A stretch of DNA of 63,719 nucleotides, counting the filler, from Octopus bimaculoides (Eukaryota): assembly GCF_001194135.2 (NCBI RefSeq). It is 9 parts of 8 records of this genome, joined end to end, with 100 filler letters (N's around TTAATTAATTAA, not from the genome) between each part and the next. Parts side by side here need not be neighbours in the genome. Positions count along the whole stretch, not along the records: positions 1 to 26,517 come from NC_068983.1; 8 more parts are not named here. One strand, written 5' to 3'. A program made the position numbers and the translations under genes. Positions 1-11,354 of the stretch are shown piece by piece (position 1 is the stretch's first letter; each line of letters begins with the position of its first letter). The notes under the pieces were generated by a model, which saw nothing but the letters and a program-made list of their open reading frames with translations, was not told where the DNA came from and searched no databases.

Positions 1-244
1 TGCTCCCATACTTATTCACAAGTACATTCATATTTGAACATATAAACAATATATATATATATACATATATACATATACATATATACACACACAAACACAC
101 ACACATATATATATATATAAATCATAGTTGTGGCAACTGGCACCAATGCTGGTAGCATGTAAAGAGCATCTTTTGAGCTTTGGTCCTCATGGAGACAAAG
201 TGGCTGATTTCTTTTCAACTGTTGGGCTTCACGAAGGCAGTGAC

Positions 245-520
245 TGAGACCTTTGGTATTGTGCCGTGCTTTAAAGAAGACCCATCAAACCAAGCAAAAT
301 TGCAGTTGTAGCAGATACTGGTGTCATGCAAACGGCAAGCCGGTGGCACGTAAAAGCACCCATTGCCATCTCGGACTGGTTGGCGTTAGGAAGGGCATCC
401 AGTTGTAGAAAACCATACCAAATCAGACTAGAGTGTGGTGCAGCTTTCTAGCATGCCAGCTTGTTAAAATCATCCAACCCATGCCAGCATGGACAAGGGA
501 CGTTAAATGATGATAATGAT
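245..520 (+). mobile_element. LINE-tail/SINE family C copy (RTE-like 3' tail ending in (GAT)n)
   Basis: Contains GGTTGGCGTTAGGAAGGGCATCCAG...CCAACCCATGCCAGCATGG...GACGTTAAATGATGAT, which recurs at 15430, 17420, 21530, 23850 and 44300. Confidence 0.75.
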
Positions 521-564
521 GATGATATAATATACATATATACACACGCACACACGTATATACT

Positions 565-924
565 ATTATTCTTTTATTTATTTCAGTCATTTTGACTGTG
601 ACCATGCTGGAGCACCACATTTAGTCAAAGAAATTGAACCCAGAACATATTCTTTGTAAGCTTAGTAGTTATTCTATTGGTTTCTTTTGCCAAACTGCTA
701 ATTTCTGGGTACATAAACACACCAACATCAGTTGTCAAGTGATGGTGGTGGGACAAACACAGACATACAAACATATATGTATACAACGGGCAACTTTCAG
801 TTTCCGTTTAACAAATCCACTCACAAGGCTTAGGTCGGCCCGAGGCTATAGTAGAAGACACTTCCCCAAGGTGCCACACAGTGAAACTGATCCCAGAACC
901 ATGTGATTGGTAGGCAAGTTACTT
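565..924 (-). mobile_element. tRNA-derived SINE family A (head, internal microsatellite, tail)
   Basis: Reverse complement matches the head seen intact at 26348/28805 (CCAACCACATGGTTC..GGTTCAGTCCCAC..GGCACCTTGGGCAAGTGTCTTCTACTATAGCCTCGGG) and the recurrent tail (CTTGACAAC..ATGTTGGTGTGTTTA...CAGCATGG.CACAGTCAAA.TGACTGAAA). Confidence 0.8.
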
Positions 925-1673
925 ATATATATATATATATATATANNNNNNNNNNNNNNNNNNNNNNNNNNNNNNNNNNNNNNNNNNNNNNNNNNNNNNN
1001 NNNNNNNNNNNNNNNNNNNNNNNNNNNNNNNNNNNNNNNNNNNNNNNNNNNNNNNNNNNNNNNNNNNNNNNNNNNNNNNNNNNNNNNNNNNNNNNNNNNN
1101 NNNNNNNNNNNNNNNNNNNNNNNNNNNNNNNNNNNNNNNNNNNNNNNNNNNNNNNNNNNNNNNNNNNNNNNNNNNNNNNNNNNNNNNNNNNNNNNNNNNN
1201 NNNNNNNNNNNNNNNNNNNNNNNNNNNNNNNNNNNNNNNNNNNNNNNNNNNNNNNNNNNNNNNNNNNNNNNNNNNNNNNNNNNNNNNNNNNNNNNNNNNN
1301 NNNNNNNNNNNNNNNNNNNNNNNNNNNNNNNNNNNNNNNNNNNNNNNNNNNNNNNNNNNNNNNNNNNNNNNNNNNNNNNNNNNNNNNNNNNNNNNNNNNN
1401 NNNNNNNNNNNNNNNNNNNNNNNNNNNNNNNNNNNNNNNNNNNNNNNNNNNNNNNNNNNNNNNNNNNNNNNNNNNNNNNNNNNNNNNNNNNNNNNNNNNN
1501 NNNNNNNNNNNNNNNNNNNNNNNNNNNNNNNNNNNNNNNNNNNNNNNNNNNNNNNNNNNNNNNNNNNNNNNNNNNNNNNNNNNNNNNNNNNNNNNNNNNN
1601 NNNNNNNNNNNNNNNNNNNNNNNNNNNNNNNNNNNNNNNNNNNNNNNNNNNNNNNNNNNNNNNNNNNNNNNNN

Positions 1674-2142
1674 CAACGCACCATTCTCTGAGTCTTCTGG
1701 TGACTCCAGTCCAACCCCTCCACTTTGCACATCCTCCCTAACCAACCCCCTCCCTCCTTAAAATGAGCCCATAACCTACAAGACCTCTTGGTCCACTGCA
1801 CTTGCCCTTACCTCTCCAACACCACCCTCCTCACCGGCACCCATCATTGACCCTATCACATCACCAACTACTTCACCTGCATTTCTACCAATATCATCTA
1901 CTGTATCTCCTGCTCTCTCTGTCCCTTTATACATCAGGAAATGAGACATCTGACTCAGCAATGACGCCCCGGTCTCGCGCCATTTCTGCTCCACCGGTCA
2001 CTCTTTGCAACACCAGTCTGTGTTCGGATTGTCCTTGCACAGGGGCCATCTGGACTCCCGTTTGCGCCGTGAACAGGGATTAATCTTCTCTATTCGCTCC
2101 TTTGCGCCACATGGGCTCAAATCTCCTCCTCTGTTCATTTAA
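1674..2142 (+). mobile_element. Penelope-like element (PLE), GIY-YIG endonuclease remnant with frameshifts and stops
   Basis: Manual translation gives HNLQDLLVH, FTCISTNIIYCISCSLC (1872-1922), then after a frameshift LYI and NDAPVSRHFCSTGHSLQHQSVFGLSLHRGHLDSRLRREQGLIFSIRSFAPHGL. This is the typical PLE GIY-YIG C-terminal domain. A pyrimidine-rich tail follows at 2143-2406. Confidence 0.8.
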
Positions 2143-3150
2143 CCTCCTCCCCTCACCTCTCTCTCCCTCACACCTACGTCCTCCCACCCATCTCTCCTCT
2201 TTTGCTCTGACTCCTTCTCTCCTCTCTTCTCTTCACTCCTACCCACCTTCTCCTTACCCCTTCATCGTCACCCCTCCATCATAATTTCACCCCACCCCTG
2301 CACATTCCAATTCCACCTTCCCATCCCATGCTACACCATCCCTCCCACATACCCCACCCTAAGCCTAACCCACACCCCACCTTGCTTTCCCCACTCTCGC
2401 CTCCCCNNNNNNNNNNNNNNNNNNNNNNNNNNNNNNNNNNNNNNNNNNNNNNNNNNNNNNNNNNNNNNNNNNNNNNNNNNNNNNNNNNNNNNNNNNNNNN
2501 NNNNNNNNNNNNNNNNNNNNNNNNNNNNNNNNNNNNNNNNNNNNNNNNNNNNNNNNNNNNNNNNNNNNNNNNNNNNNNNNNNNNNNNNNNNNNNNNNNNN
2601 NNNNNNNNNNNNNNNNNNNNNNNNNNNNNNNNNNNNNNNNNNNNNNNNNNNNNNNNNNNNNNNNNNNNNNNNNNNNNNNNNNNNNNNNNNNNNNNNNNNN
2701 NNNNNNNNNNNNNNNNNNNNNNNNNNNNNNNNNNNNNNNNNNNNNNNNNNNNNNNNNNNNNNNNNNNNNNNNNNNNNNNNNNNNNNNNNNNNNNNNNNNN
2801 NNNNNNNNNNNNNNNNNNNNNNNNNNNNNNNNNNNNNNNNNNNNNNNNNNNNNNNNNNNNNNNNNNNNNNNNNNNNNNNNNNNNNNNNNNNNNNNNNNNN
2901 NNNNNNNNNNNNNNNNNNNNNNNNNNNNNNNNNNNNNNNNNNNNNNNNNNNNNNNNNNNNNNNNNNNNNNNNNNNNNNNNNNNNNNNNNNNNNNNNNNNN
3001 NNNNNNNNNNNNNNNNNNNNNNNNNNNNNNNNNNNNNTATATATATAATTTTTCAAAGTAAACTCTGTAATCGTTACCAATATAGCATAAGATTTCACCT
3101 CAAAGTATCATTGATTAGATTCCTTAAGGATCGTTCTCATTGTTTATATT

Positions 3151-3365
3151 TCCAAAGTTTCAAATTTATACATTTAAAAAGGAGAAATTCAACACCGGGT
3201 TCTAATGAAAATCATTCCTGATGACGCGTGAGACGATTAATATATTTAACTTTTTGATGGTTGAATAAAGTCAAATACAGAAATGTTTACATTAAATGAA
3301 GAATAATGGATAACTCTCCGGTGTTGAATTTCGCCTTTTTAAATGCATAAATTTGAAACTTTGGA
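3151..3365. mobile_element. MITE / foldback element with 48-bp inverted repeats
   Basis: 3151-3198 TCCAAAGTTTCAAATTTATACATTTAAAAAGGAGAAATTCAACACCGG matches the reverse complement of 3318-3365 with 2 mismatches. Flanks are TA-rich. Confidence 0.75.
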
Positions 3366-3774
3366 TATATATATAAGCGTATATATACTACATGCATACA
3401 TATATATACATACACACACGCACATATTTTCACTTATTTACATGAGAAGTGCCATGAGTAGCTCTTTTAGCTCTGCTAATGAATAAAGCAGGTGTTTATT
3501 TTTATGTGCACACGCCAGAAGTATAAATTTATAGCAAACTACAAAGATACATACATTGCTATTTCAATAAACATCGCTTGCTTTCTGTCTGTGTGTCACT
3601 TTACATTTACATTGTGTTGTATAATAGCTCTGGATCCAATGTAATTCTATGTAATTTATTTAAACTTATTGACCACTTAGGTAAATTTTGCATGAAAATA
3701 TGTCATTGTTTCGTAAAATATTACACTCATACAACTATCTATATATCCTCTATGTGTGTGTATGTATGTATATT

Positions 3775-3930
3775 CTTTTATTATTTTGCTTATTTCAGTC
3801 ATTTGACTGTGACCATGCTGGAGTACCGCCTTATTCTTTGTAAGCCTAATACTTATTCTATCGGTTCCCCTTTGCCAAACCGCTAAGTTACAGGGACGTA
3901 AACACACCAGCTTTGGTTGTCAAGCTACCA
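3775..3930 (-). mobile_element. SINE family A tail fragment
   Basis: ATTTCAGTCATTTGACTGTGACCATGCTGGAG...CCAAACCGCTAAGTTACAGGGACGTAAACACACCAGC, matching 580-740. Confidence 0.7.
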
Positions 3931-4538
3931 TTGGTTTTGTGTTAAGAAAAATAGGAAAATATCTTAATATCTCACTTTTGAAACTAATCACATAGAGGAA
4001 AGATGTTCGTTCCCTCATCCTCTCAATTGTCTCCCTTCTCTTCTGCCTGCTTGTTCCCACATGACTAGAGGCCATTTTTTTCTCACCTCTGACCTTAACT
4101 GTACTTAACTGGATGTCATTTCTTCTCACCTCCTGACATTATTTTCTTTCTTTTTTAACTTCTACTATTTTCTTCTCTTTTATTTATTCTATATCCTTTC
4201 AAAATCTCTCCCATGCATTACCCATTATAACACATTTTGGCCTAATGGCCCTTAATGTTTGTCTTTGTCGATTGTTTACTCTGTACATCCACCCTGTCTT
4301 TGTTTTTTCATTCAAAGCTCTAACTCTCCAGAAACTAAAAAGTTTTTAAATTTCTGAATGCTACTGTTTAATAAAGTTTTCCTATATCGTCGTTGAAAGC
4401 TCGGAACAGAAATTAATTATCAGTCAACAACTGAGCAAGGGTTAGACTTCTTGTGGTATTTTGTTCTGTACTTGTCTCTCATTATGTGTTCACGTATTTT
4501 TCACTATTTGGTGATGTCCTGTACTTGATGCATTTCAT

Positions 4539-4554
4539 ATATATATATATATAT

Positions 4555-4594
<40 letters not shown>

Positions 4595-4598
4595 ATAA

Positions 4599-4655
<57 letters not shown>

Positions 4656-4664
4656 CCAACAGAC

Positions 4665-4699
<35 letters not shown>

Positions 4700-4760
4700 C
4701 CAACAGACAGACAGACAGAAAGACAGAGATAGATATATAGATAGATAGATAGATAGATAA
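4539..4760. repeat. (TA)n/(GATA)n/(GACA)n compound microsatellite
   Basis: Directly visible tandem repeats. Confidence 0.95.
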
Positions 4761-5387
4761 CAACAGGTAATTGAAACTTTGCTTATGCTTTACTCAACAT
4801 TCATTTGTACATTTTGTACAATTTCTCCGTTATATATATATGAAAGTAAAATATGCAATTTGAAATACCATAAACATAAATATTACCAAAAAATAGCCAC
4901 CATGTTACATATCAAATATGGCGTAGACATTTTAACACCTAAAGCCTCACGCATCACAATGAGACTATAAACCCAATTTCATTAATGACACTTCTGTCAG
5001 AGCAATAAAGCTGCCTAAAACTGATATTGGCATAATTGATATGAAAGTTAGTGACACCTTTATATCCAATAGGAAAATATTCCTTGGCTTAACCACTCTG
5101 CAGCAGCTCATATAATAAGTTTTAATAACCTTAATCAAAATTTAGGCACCACTTGTTCCAGCTTTACATTAAGTATGGTATTATGCAGAAATTTCCTAAT
5201 CAATATTCTTTGCAGCTCTGCACTTTACCAAATCAATTAAACCTATAAAAGGACCAGAAATTGAAATAATATTACAAGCGAAGAAACTTTTTCTATTTAT
5301 AATAATAAACACTGGATACAGAAGAAAATTACTGAATGACAGGGGCTCAAAAATCCTAACACAGGATAGTGATACTATCAGACTATA

Positions 5388-5620
5388 CAGGGTTGGCCAA
5401 AGGTCACCTGATAGTAAATCAAAACCATTTAATTCCAAGATTTGTTTATGTTTAACAACTGAATGAATTTGATAAAAACATCTAAATATGAAACATCATG
5501 AAAACTGTTCAAACTAAAGTCCATCTTGGGTGACACCTTTTTCCATTGGAGTCAATACAAAATTGCACATAGTATTTATGGAAATTTAATTTATTATCGG
5601 GTGACTTTTGGCCAACCCTG
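5388..5620. mobile_element. Tc1/mariner-type MITE
   Basis: TA|CAGGGTTGGCCAAAGGTCACCTGATAGTAAAT ... ATTTATTATCGGGTGACTTTTGGCCAACCCTG|TA: about 32-bp TIRs with 3 mismatches and TA at 5386-87 and 5621-22. Confidence 0.85.
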
Positions 5621-5653
5621 TATATATAAAGATAAATATACATATGCATACAT

Positions 5654-5707
<54 letters not shown>

Positions 5708-5760
5708 CAACACACGAAACGCTTGGCCCTTGAGTCACTCTGTAGCTTCTACTAAGTACC

Positions 5761-5799
<39 letters not shown>

Positions 5800-5800
<1 letters not shown>

Positions 5801-6045
5801 CTTTTACTCGTTCCAGACATTTGACTGCGCCATGCTGAGGCACTGCCTTGAAGAAGTTTTAGTTGACTGAATCAATCCCAGCACTTAATTTTGTTAAGCT
5901 TGTGACTTATTTTATCGGTCACTTTTACCAAAGCGCTAAGTCACAGGGACACAGTGAGGTGAGACAGACACAGTTACAAAAACGTGCACACACATGCCCA
6001 TACACATTCACACAAACAGACACAGATGTGTGTGTGTGTGTGTAT
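5800..6045 (-). mobile_element. SINE family A tail fragment
   Basis: CATTTGACTGCGCCATGCTGAGGCACTGCC...TATCGGTCACTTTTACCAAAGCGCTAAGT followed by the (CA)n linker. Confidence 0.65.
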
Positions 6046-7552
6046 TATCGACACTGTATTTCATGTGGATTTTACAGAGAATATGGATTCCTTGTTAGAA
6101 CCTTTTATCCACATTTGATAGATTTATGGGGAAAAAATCATGTCTTTTGTTTTAATAAAAAATATCTAGGTTCTCTTTTAGAGTTATCACATAACTTAAA
6201 GTAGTTAACGTCCTTGGTGTGAAACAAAACTCATAAATTTCCATTTACAAACCGTAAAAACATGAAAATACATCCAGCACATGTGTAAAGTTTCCAACAA
6301 CCATTAAGGTATAACAATCTATTTAAGTTTCCTTTTTATTGAGACATTCTACTCTGTTATACAATGAATCGGTATTCAATGAAATTGTGACAATCTTCAC
6401 GAAGCACTCCATAATAGTGGGTACATAGAATAAGCTTAATATGCAAAGAAGAGAAAATGAAATTTTGTATACTTCAATCCATCATTCAAGTCTCTAAACC
6501 TGCAACCAGGTTATACTTCAAAATTTATCCAAAACGCTTTCACCAAAACCATAAATATCTTGCAACTTGAAAGACAAGTATGGTGTTAAAATAGCAGTTT
6601 TACAATTAACCAATTTGGTAAACTATAGTTAATTATATCCACTAATATTAATTAAATTTCAAAAACAAAACTAAATACTTAGTCTAACTACAATTGTAAC
6701 ACTCTTTTGTTGTGTCCTCTGAACAAAAACTTTTTTGTTAATGCAATAACTTATAGTACAATGCAACCACAAATATTACTTCACCGAAGCCATTCTTAAG
6801 CATTCATTCAACTGCTGAGCAGTTCAAAAGTTTTACCCCGAAGCACACACACATTTTGTAATTTAAATGAGCAAAAACAAATCATCGCTTTATACGTATA
6901 TATAATCCTTAAAGGCCAAAATCTTCCCCAATAATATTAATTGGAAAATTGCTTACATTTGCACAACTATGACCAGCAAATAACGAACCATACCAACTTT
7001 GTACTACTGAATCATTTGAAAATATTTTGTACCAAAACTAACTGAGCTGTAACACAAAGTTGGTTATTCTTGTAAACATTAAATGTTTAAAGTCCGAAAA
7101 TATAATTAAGATAATTACAATCTTCACACCATAAAAGCACTTTAAGATTAAAAGTAGTCTGTCCCATTCTACCTATCTCTTCTCATAATGATCCTTACAT
7201 TCTCCCAAACATTGAGATTAGTTACCTGTAAAAACGTTTCAGTTTTATCAATCAATCAAACAATCTCTCTCTCTCTCTCTCTNNNNNNNNNNNNNNNNNN
7301 NNNNNNNNNNNNNNNNNNNNNNNNNNNNNNNNNNNNNNNNNNNNNNNNNNNNNNNNNNNNNNNNNNNNNNNNNNNNNNNNNNNNNNNNNNNNNNNNNNNN
7401 NNNNNNNNNNNNNNNNNNNNNNNNNNNNNNNNNNNNNNNNNNNNNNNNNNNNTATACATGGATTTAAATTCAGATTCAAATTCAAAATGGCTCAAGATTA
7501 GTGTCACACTTGAAACTTGGAGTACTAATGAACTTGAACTCAACTGTTTTGA

Positions 7553-7591
<39 letters not shown>

Positions 7592-8311
7592 GTTGTTTAT
7601 GAGTGCACTAAAGGAAGGGCCTTTTATCATTGGTGTGCTTGATCAAAGCTGGTCTTAATTTAAACAACATGATGCTATTCAATTTATTATTTATCTCTCT
7701 CTCTATCTCTCTCTCTGCCTATCTTTATTTGCTCTACTGCATATTTTTCATGTGTTTCATTCTGTATGTGTACACACACATTCTCAAATACACTTTTGAG
7801 TGAGTATTTATAAGTATTGTTCCATGTATACATCATTTCTGTCAGTTTACATGTGTATATATTTATATTTGAGCTGATACACACACCCATGTACGTCTGT
7901 ATGCAAAGGCAGTGATAAGAATTGGACATAAGTTGTGATAAGCAAATAAATAAATCATTCGATATATAGCGCCGTAAAAAATATATTTTATCATTGAGGC
8001 TATCGTTAATAGATTTCCTGTATGTAAAAATATGAAAACTGCACAAGGAAAATTACAGTAACTGATTATTGTTTCCTTGGAGAAATATGCCAAAGTGCTT
8101 ATTGGCAGAGACACACTGGAATATAATAGGCAATGTAGTTAATAAATTATCTGTTAACCAAACAAGCAGAGAATTTTGCGTTATGGTACCAAGTAGGGTT
8201 ATATGTTAAAAAGCCAGCTTCATTTCAACTTAAATTCGTATATGGTATATTTTTAAATCTTCACATTTCATATCAACTCTGTATATGTGTGCGTGTTTGC
8301 ATGTATGTGTG

Positions 8312-8714
8312 TCATTATTCAGTTTATTTCAAGATTTCTTGCCAATAGAGAAAGAACCGGATTCTAACCTAGATCCAAGGCTCCTTCACTGGAATTTCAA
8401 CATCAGCAAGGTATTTTTGTTTGTTTGTTTGTATGTATGTATGTATGTATGTGCAGGTTTTTATGTTTTATGTATGTATTCTCATGCATATAGTTGCATA
8501 TCTAGACATGCTCATATATATTTAAATGATAAACTTCTGGAAAGTTTTACAGATTCTTACAGTTCCAGTGATGGATTAGATCTGTAGTTTTCGAATTAGC
8601 TTTCTCCTTTCTGGTATGGAGAAGCCTAATTTCTCAAGATTGGTATTTAGGCAGTGTGTGTTACATATTCCAGGGCCCCAATAATTACAGGTATAAACCT
8701 GAACTTGTAATCTG
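8312..8714 (-). mobile_element. RLE-type (R4/Dong-like) non-LTR retrotransposon, 5'-truncated 3' end
   Basis: Reverse strand reads DYKFRFIPVIIGALEYVTHCLNTNLEKLGFSIPERRKLIRKLQI*SITGTVRICKTFQKF, then a 3' UTR homologous to 53900-54100. Confidence 0.75.
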
Positions 8715-8796
8715 TATATGTAATGCAGGTATGTAATCTGAATGTATGTATGTATGTATGTATGCGTATGAATGCATGTATGTGTGTTTTTTCTTC

Positions 8797-9015
8797 AGTG
8801 ATGAGCTGGCAAAATCATTAGCGCACATGACAAAATTCTTAGAAACATTTTTTTAGTTGAATACGATGTAAGTTCAAATCCTATCAAAGGCAGCTTTACC
8901 TTTCATCCTTTCAGGGTCAATAAAATAAAGTACCAATCAAGTCCAGTACTGGGGTCAGTGTCATCAACTGACCCCACCCCATAAAATTGCTGGCCTTGTG
9001 CTGAAATTTGAAACA
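8797..9015 (+). mobile_element. tRNA-derived SINE family B (core CCTTTCATCCTTTCGGGGTCGATAAA, Meta-domain-like)
   Basis: GAGCTGGCAAAATCATTAGC head, GTTCAAATCC B-box, shared core with 51140-51385. Confidence 0.7.
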
Positions 9016-9784
9016 ATTGTATATATATGTTTTTTTCTTGTTTGCTTTGTTTATCTTTCATTCAATCCTGACAAAAAACATGGCATAGTATCATTTTATT
9101 TTCGTCTTAAAATTCTTGGTAACAGATACAGAATATACACCTTGCTTCTCAGCCTTTTAATTTACTACTAGCACCATCACAACCGTCAACCACTTCAATG
9201 AAGTGTTACCTTCCCAAAAATCTTGCTATAATGAGATGTTTCATGATGCCAAACCTATTTTACCATCGACCTCAATGTTCTATGGAAGCCAATGAGAAAA
9301 TATTCCATATTATGACAAAACACTCATGAATGTAATATCTCTATAACATTTTATACTTGTACTTATTTTTTATAAAAGCATAAAATCTATTGTTTATTTA
9401 TATTAACAGCCCTGATATTGGCACACTGATAGCTGACTGGAACAGGAATAGTTTTAATTACCTGCATGCCACGACAGCTCTGTGTGACCAGGGTAGATAT
9501 TCATCTTGTTTGTACACAATGTAGTGACAGCAGAAATGCTAAACAAATACGAGACAAAAATATGTATCTACAAAGCATAGTAAAAACCTAATTATAGAGA
9601 TATTTGCCAGGAAAACCAAGTAAAATGTTGCAGAAAATTATTTTCAGGTACCCTTGTTCGTATGACTATTATAAGAAAGTATTTGACATCCAAGGACCAT
9701 GAATATAAATGCAAAAACAACAGATCTTTTAAGATTTTTTTTTCTGCTAAAGTTATAAGGCCCTTAACTGTCTTCTTTTTTAAC

Positions 9785-9907
9785 TGAGCTCCTCATCTTG
9801 TTTGTTGTTAAAACAACGTTTCAGCTGATATACTCTCCAGCCTTCATCAGGTGTCTTGGGGAAATTTTGAACCTGGGTTCTCATTTCTAAGGTATTTTTC
9901 AATGTTG

Positions 9908-9972
<65 letters not shown>
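9785..9972 (-). mobile_element. SINE-like unit: (AAT)n linker plus body carrying a hammerhead ribozyme
   Basis: Reverse strand reads (AAT)n-AACATTGAAAAATACCTTAGAAATGAGAACCCAGGTTC..CCCCAAGACAC-CTGATGA...GAAACGTT-GTTTTAACAACAAACAAGATGAGG. A second partial copy of the tail (CCTCATCTTGTTTGTTGTTAA) is at about 50231-50255. Confidence 0.6.
9811..9855 (-). ncRNA. Minimal type-I hammerhead ribozyme with intact catalytic core
   Basis: CTGATGA (9850-9844), stem II AGGCTG/CAGCT with a 10-nt loop, GAAA (9822-9819), then C-G-T-T (short palindromic stem III, GUU triplet). Stem I is only partly paired. Confidence 0.65.
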
Positions 9973-10129
9973 NNNNNNNNNNNNNNNNNNNNNNNNNNNN
10001 NNNNNNNNNNNNNNNNNNNNNNNNNNNNNNNNNNNNNNNNNNNNNNNNNNNNNNNNNNNNNNNNNNNNNNNNNNNNNNNNNNNNNNNNNNNNNNNNNNNN
10101 NNNNNNNNNNAAAACCCCATTTTTTTTAA

Positions 10130-10203
10130 TGAATTTTGTCACTGATAGACATCTTCAAAAGATATATATAGAGCATGCTGGACCACCGAAATCTTCAAGT
10201 TTT

Positions 10204-10234
<31 letters not shown>

Positions 10235-10380
10235 GTTTATTTTCTCTTATTCTTTTCTGTTGAAGAGCATAGGCTCGAAACATAAAAGTCTTTTTCATTT
10301 TCCCAAGTGTCAAAGTAATACACTCACTAGTAGTTCCTACAGTGGTCTTTGTCTTTTGTTTTTCTATAAATTTCAACTAT
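10130..10380 (+). mobile_element. PLE-type 3' terminal (pLTR-like) fragment with a degenerate hammerhead
   Basis: CTTTT-CTGTTGA-AGAGC-ATAG-GCTC-GAAA-CATA-AAAG at 10252-10288, followed by a T-rich tail. Confidence 0.5.
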
Positions 10381-11315
10381 TTAGAGCATGCAAATGGTCC
10401 TGCAAAAGACTATTAATGAAATAATATGATCATCTTGTAAATGTTGATTTTTATCTACTAAAATCCAAGCATACATCATGATTTGAATGCTGTCTATTGA
10501 AAAGTGGTTACTTTTGTTACTACTAATTGGTTTTTACCACACATGAACACACAGACATACTGGGTGTGAAAACTTATATTGTGCGAAGTGAAAAAAGAAT
10601 ACTTTCGGCAGCTGGAGATAACAGGAAAATGAATAAATCAGTGGGAGAATTCAAAGAGAAAAGGAAAGAAAGAGAGAAAAACAAATGAAAAGAAATAGAA
10701 CTGCATGGTTAATTCTTGAAATGAACTGAGAATGTTGGAAGTAAAGATCACTGGCTCTAGTTGATGGACGGGAATTTGAAACAAGACTGGAACTTTTACA
10801 ACCAGATGTAATTCTTGTTACCCATACCTGTTTTTCAGGTTAAGAGTCTCTTATTCAACATCTCTTCGAAGGGATGTAATGAGTGGACAATTTATTGACT
10901 GAAGAAATGACACCACCACACATTGTGTGCAGTATTCACAAAGTGCAACTGTAAATATATACAAACACATGCACACAGTGTCGAACTGGCCAGGTTGCCA
11001 GCTTGCCCGATGGCAAGTGGGCCCCTGTGCCATTAGAATCCATATATGGGGACCCATGTTAGTATCTAAGGGGCCCATCCCCTCAAGTTTGAGAATGTTT
11101 TATTCACTATTGGAAGAATGCATTAATTATTTCAGCCTGGCTGTGTTTGTAGTCAGTTGGAAAGAATACTTTTAACAAAAAAAAAATTAAATGATGGCAT
11201 TGTAGTTGTGGGTGGGCCTGCACTTAGTCTCCGAGCAGCCTATATTTTTAGACCCAGTTTATCACTGCATGCAAACACACACACACCCATGCACGTGTGT
11301 GTGTCTGCATGCATA

Positions 11316-11354
<39 letters not shown>

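Noticed and set aside
1802-2083. ORF ending CNTSLCSDCPCTGAIWTPVCAVN, resembling an OATP/Kazal domain
   Set aside because: An alternative frame gives a much longer coherent PLE GIY-YIG match; the Kazal-like text is an off-frame coincidence with no splice context.
8334-8410. Exon-like unit DFLPIEKEPDSNLDPRLLHWNFNISK with AG/GT ends
   Set aside because: It is the reverse complement of the RLE-LINE 3' UTR also present at 54000-54100.
10828-10948. Minus-strand exon candidate with donor CAG|GTATGG
   Set aside because: All three frames contain stops before the donor.
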